Shown here one piece after another: positions 60,945-64,000 of a stretch of DNA of 64,000 nucleotides (positions within the stretch are counted from its first letter, which is position 1; each line of letters begins with the position of its first letter). The DNA comes from an uncultured Acidobacteriaceae bacterium (GTDB taxonomy: Bacteria > Acidobacteriota > Terriglobia > Terriglobales > Acidobacteriaceae): assembly GCA_963783065.1 (NCBI GenBank), contig CAWAMG010000004.1, positions 1,480,010 through 1,544,009 on the forward strand, in the 5' to 3' direction. The position numbers and the translations under genes are program-made. The notes under the pieces are model-generated. The model was not told the origin of the DNA and made no database searches. It saw nothing but the letters and a program-made list of their open reading frames with translations.

Positions 60945-61643
60945 ATGCACGCTTTCGCTTTCCCAAGCCTCCTGCGCTCCCTTAAACCTGCCATCGTCCT
61001 GCTCATCATCGGCTGTCTCCCCGCCGTCCTCGCCTTCGCCCAGCCAACGCAGGGCACCCAGGTCCTCAACGCCTCGGCCCTCCATCCGCCCGCCGGAGCC
61101 CGCGTCGCCATCGTCGAATTCGACGACCTCCAATGCCCCAGTTGCGCCGCCGCCAACCCAACCCTCATGCAGGCTGCCTCCACCTACCACATCCCCTGGA
61201 TCCGCCACGACTTCCTCATCCCCTACCACAACTGGAGCCGCATCGCCGCCATCAACGCCCGCTGGTTCGACAGCCGCTCCAAGGCCCTCGGCGACGAGTA
61301 CCGCAACCAGCTCTTCGCCAACCAGGCCTCCATCTACAATCCCGACTCCCTCCGCCAGTTCACTGAGAAGTTCGCCCAGTCCCACGGCCTCTCACTGCCC
61401 TTCGCAATCGATCCTCAGGGCAAATTCTCCGCCGCAGTCGACGCCGATGTCGCCCTCGGAAACCAAACCGGCGTCCGCGTCACTCCCACCATCTTCGTCG
61501 TCACCTCCGGCTCCAAGGGCCCGCCCTTCATCGAAGTCACTGACCGCAGCCGCCTCTTCCAGATCATCGATCAGGCCCTCGCCGATACCGCCTCCGCCAA
61601 ATCAACCACAGCCTCCGCCTCCAAAAAAACCACCGCCCATTAG
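60945..61643 (+). CDS. DsbA-like thioredoxin-fold protein 2
   Basis: Signal peptide, FDDLQCPSC, HDFLIPYH, VRVTPTI; clear paralog of 60087-60788. Confidence 0.88.
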   Translation: MHAFAFPSLLRSLKPAIVLLIIGCLPAVLAFAQPTQGTQVLNASALHPPAGARVAIVEFDDLQCPSCAAANPTLMQAASTYHIPWIRHDFLIPYHNWSRIAAINARWFDSRSKALGDEYRNQLFANQASIYNPDSLRQFTEKFAQSHGLSLPFAIDPQGKFSAAVDADVALGNQTGVRVTPTIFVVTSGSKGPPFIEVTDRSRLFQIIDQALADTASAKSTTASASKKTTAH

Positions 61644-61715
61644 CTCTAATCGAACTTGGGATGCGTCGAGCACCGCTCGCCCGCCGCACTTACACCTCTT
61701 CACCTGTCCACTTGT

Positions 61716-61757
61716 CCCCTGACCACTGACCACTGTTCACTGTTCACTGTTCACTGT
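61716..61757. repeat. Tandem heptamers (YCACTGW-like)
   Basis: cccctga ccactga ccactgt tcactgt tcactgt tcactgt. Confidence 0.75.
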
Positions 61758-61776
61758 TTTCGTATAATCGTTCCTC

Positions 61777-62523
61777 ATGAAGGCCTTCCTGACTCCCCTT
61801 GTTCTCTGCGCGAGCCTGCTCGCCGCCGCCCAAACCCCCGCTCCAAAGAGCCCCGCCAAAACCACCCCAACCCACAACGCGCCAACCGCTCCCCGTCCGT
61901 CCTTGCTCAACCCTGCATCCCTCCACGCCAAGGCCCCCGCGATTTTCAAGGCAAAGTTCACCACCACTGCGGGCGACTTCGTCGTCGAGGTGCATCGCGA
62001 TTGGGCTCCCCTCGGCGCAGACCGCTTTTACAACCTCGTCCGCAATGGCTACTTCACAAACGCTTCCTTCTTTCGCGTGGTCCCGGGATTCGTCGTCCAG
62101 TTCGGCCTCAGCGCCAACCCTGCCGTCAACAAGGTCTGGAAAGACGCCGACATCCAGGACGATCCCGTCGTCCAGAGCAACAAGCGCGCCTCTCTCGTCT
62201 TCGCAACGGCCGGCCCCAACACCCGCACCACCCAGCTCTTCATCAACTTTGGCGATAACGCTCGCCTCGATGGCATGGGCTTCGCACCCTTCGGCGCCGT
62301 CGTCGAGGGCATGGATGTGGTCGACAAAATCTATTCCGGCTACGGCGAGTCCCCCAGCCAGGACCTGATCACCAATCAGGGCGACACCTACATCGCCGCC
62401 AACTTCCCCAAAATCGACAAGATCAAGCTCGCCCGCATCATCCCGCCCGCCCCAACCACCCCGCACCCTGCTACGGCGACCAAGCCCGCCGCCAAGCCCT
62501 CGGCCCAAACCCCCGCCCACTAG
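61777..62523 (+). CDS. Periplasmic cyclophilin-type peptidyl-prolyl isomerase
   Basis: Signal peptide, APLGADRFYNLV, FFRVVPGFVVQFG, FATAGPNTRTTQLFIN, FAPFG. Confidence 0.92.
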   Translation: MKAFLTPLVLCASLLAAAQTPAPKSPAKTTPTHNAPTAPRPSLLNPASLHAKAPAIFKAKFTTTAGDFVVEVHRDWAPLGADRFYNLVRNGYFTNASFFRVVPGFVVQFGLSANPAVNKVWKDADIQDDPVVQSNKRASLVFATAGPNTRTTQLFINFGDNARLDGMGFAPFGAVVEGMDVVDKIYSGYGESPSQDLITNQGDTYIAANFPKIDKIKLARIIPPAPTTPHPATATKPAAKPSAQTPAH

Positions 62524-62536
62524 GCCAAGAACAGCA

Positions 62537-62562
62537 GCGGCGTTCGCCCTCGCGAACGCCGC
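62537..62562 (+). terminator. Intrinsic terminator-like hairpin after the PPIase gene
   Basis: gcggcgttcgc-cctc-gcgaacgccgc is a perfect 11-bp stem followed by T-rich sequence. Confidence 0.6.
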
Positions 62563-62637
62563 CGCCCTTTCACTTTTTCACTCATTCACTTCTTCACTGC
62601 TTCTTCTTCTATGCCTCACCTTCACTCTTTCACCGCT

Positions 62638-62672
62638 TCACTGTTCACCGTCCACTGTCCACCGTCCACTGC
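62638..62672. repeat. Tandem heptamers (YCACYGY)
   Basis: tcactgt tcaccgt ccactgt ccaccgt ccactgc, adjoining the stop codon of the TPR gene. Confidence 0.75.
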
Positions 62673-62673
62673 T

Positions 62674-63999
62674 TCACTGCGTCTGCACACTCCCGCTCTC
62701 GCGCTCATATCCGGCAAGCATGGTCCGCAATGCAGCAGCCGCCTGCTCATCGTGATCTTCCGTGGCCCGATCCAGCGCCTGCTGCGCCGCTTTCGCAGCG
62801 TCTGCCGGATGCCCTGTCTTGTCATACGCCTTCGCAAGCTCCGCAAGGAACCGCGCATTCTTCCCTTGGTTCAGCTCCACAGCCTTTTCCAAAGGCGCTA
62901 CAGCCCCTGCAAAGTCCCCCTCCGACTCCATCACGAAGCCAAGATTGAACCGGAACTCCGCGCGCATTGGCTCCAGCGCGACTGCCTTTTGCATCTGCTC
63001 CACCGCCCCAGCCGCATCTCCATTCAGCACCAGCGAAACCCCCAGATGCTGGAGAAACATCGTGTTTTTCGGATCGAGCGCGCTCGCCTTCCGGTACTCC
63101 TCGAGCGCCTCCTTCTCTTCCGACTGCCCGCTCAGCATGAATCCAAGGTTGTAGTGGGTCATCGCGTCGTCCGGATTCCGTTCCAACGCCTCGCGCAGAG
63201 ACTTGATCGACTCCGGAATCTGGTTGTTCTGCATCTCGTCATACGCCTCGTCCACCAGGCGGTAAAACTCCATCGCCTGCGGATCGATCTTAGCCAGTCC
63301 ATCCGTCGGAATGTTCACAAACTCCGGAATATTCACCGCCCTGTTCGCCGCCGTCGTGTTCTCCACCAGAACCGCCGGCGAGTCGTTCCCGTTCGCGTCA
63401 ATATGCGTCAGCATCAGTTGCGTATACGGCCCGCGCCGCTTGGTCGAAAACGCCAGCCACTTCCCGTTCGGCGAAAAAGTGTGCCACGAGTTCATGGGCG
63501 CGCCGTTGCAGTTCATCAGCCGCGCCGTCCCGCCCTCAAATGGCACCATATAGAGCTTGCTGTCCGGCCGCATCAGCAGCCCGTTCTTGTTCTCGACAAA
63601 CACAATCCATTTCCCGTCCGGCGACACCTTGGGGAAGTTGTTACTCATCCCGTTCCCTGACGCGCCCTTCACCGCAACAGCCGTCCCGCCCCGTCCGCCG
63701 TTGAATGGAATCTTGTAAAGGTCGTACTGAATCTGCGGCTCCCGCGGATCGTTCGCATACTCCGGCTTTGGCGCTCCCGGCGGGTAAGGATCGCGCGCCA
63801 CTGCCCGGCTGAAGATCAGGTACTTCCCATCCGGCGACCAGAACGCGCTCGTCTGCACAAAATCCGGATTGTCCGCGCCCGGCAGCGGCTGCATCGTCTT
63901 TTCTACATTGTCGTAATACGCCAGAATCCCCCGCGTCGGATAAAACACCTGCAGGAATCGAAAATCGCTGTAATTCGTGCTGAACAGCCGGTCCAGCAA
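62674..63999 (-). CDS. TolB-like (PD40 propeller) plus TPR protein (5' end outside window)
   Basis: WSPDGKYLIF, KVSPDGKWIVF and FSPNGKWLAF repeats followed by TPRs (ALERNPDDAMTHYNLG, AVALEPMRAEFRFNLG). Confidence 0.85.
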   Translation of the reverse strand: MLDRLFSTNYSDFRFLQVFYPTRGILAYYDNVEKTMQPLPGADNPDFVQTSAFWSPDGKYLIFSRAVARDPYPPGAPKPEYANDPREPQIQYDLYKIPFNGGRGGTAVAVKGASGNGMSNNFPKVSPDGKWIVFVENKNGLLMRPDSKLYMVPFEGGTARLMNCNGAPMNSWHTFSPNGKWLAFSTKRRGPYTQLMLTHIDANGNDSPAVLVENTTAANRAVNIPEFVNIPTDGLAKIDPQAMEFYRLVDEAYDEMQNNQIPESIKSLREALERNPDDAMTHYNLGFMLSGQSEEKEALEEYRKASALDPKNTMFLQHLGVSLVLNGDAAGAVEQMQKAVALEPMRAEFRFNLGFVMESEGDFAGAVAPLEKAVELNQGKNARFLAELAKAYDKTGHPADAAKAAQQALDRATEDHDEQAAAALRTMLAGYERESGSVQTQ

Positions 64000-64000
64000 C

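Overview
A 64-kb GC-rich chromosomal segment whose gene content and style point to a subdivision-1 Acidobacterium (inference; no database search was run). The left part (1 to ~27.8 kb) is mostly housekeeping: Crp/Fnr regulator, rel, cytochrome c, rlmI-type methylase, GAF-EAL phosphodiesterase, prolyl oligopeptidase, murJ, bactofilin, rnr, three tandem DUF4870-like membrane proteins, SRAP, yggX, typA, parDE, GT39, purK and purE. At ~27,830 the 5' part of one gene is fused to the 3' end of another, and the + strand becomes strongly C-skewed for the remaining 36 kb. The right part holds an isoaspartyl peptidase, maf, a GH31 glycosidase, four DUF3857/transglutaminase-like proteins (one with an intact Cys-His-Asp triad, three without), tRNA-Pro(GGG) followed by a 158-bp tandem array of its own 3' end, a PEP-CTERM protein, sugar oxidoreductases, an uncharacterised three-gene membrane module, two signalling pairs, two DsbA-like proteins and a cyclophilin. 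Two families of palindromic REP-like repeats are dispersed through the window, and four copies sit in frame inside three protein-coding genes. About ten single-base frameshifts, including in purE and rnr, are most likely sequencing or assembly errors. No CRISPR array, integrase, transposase or rRNA was seen.
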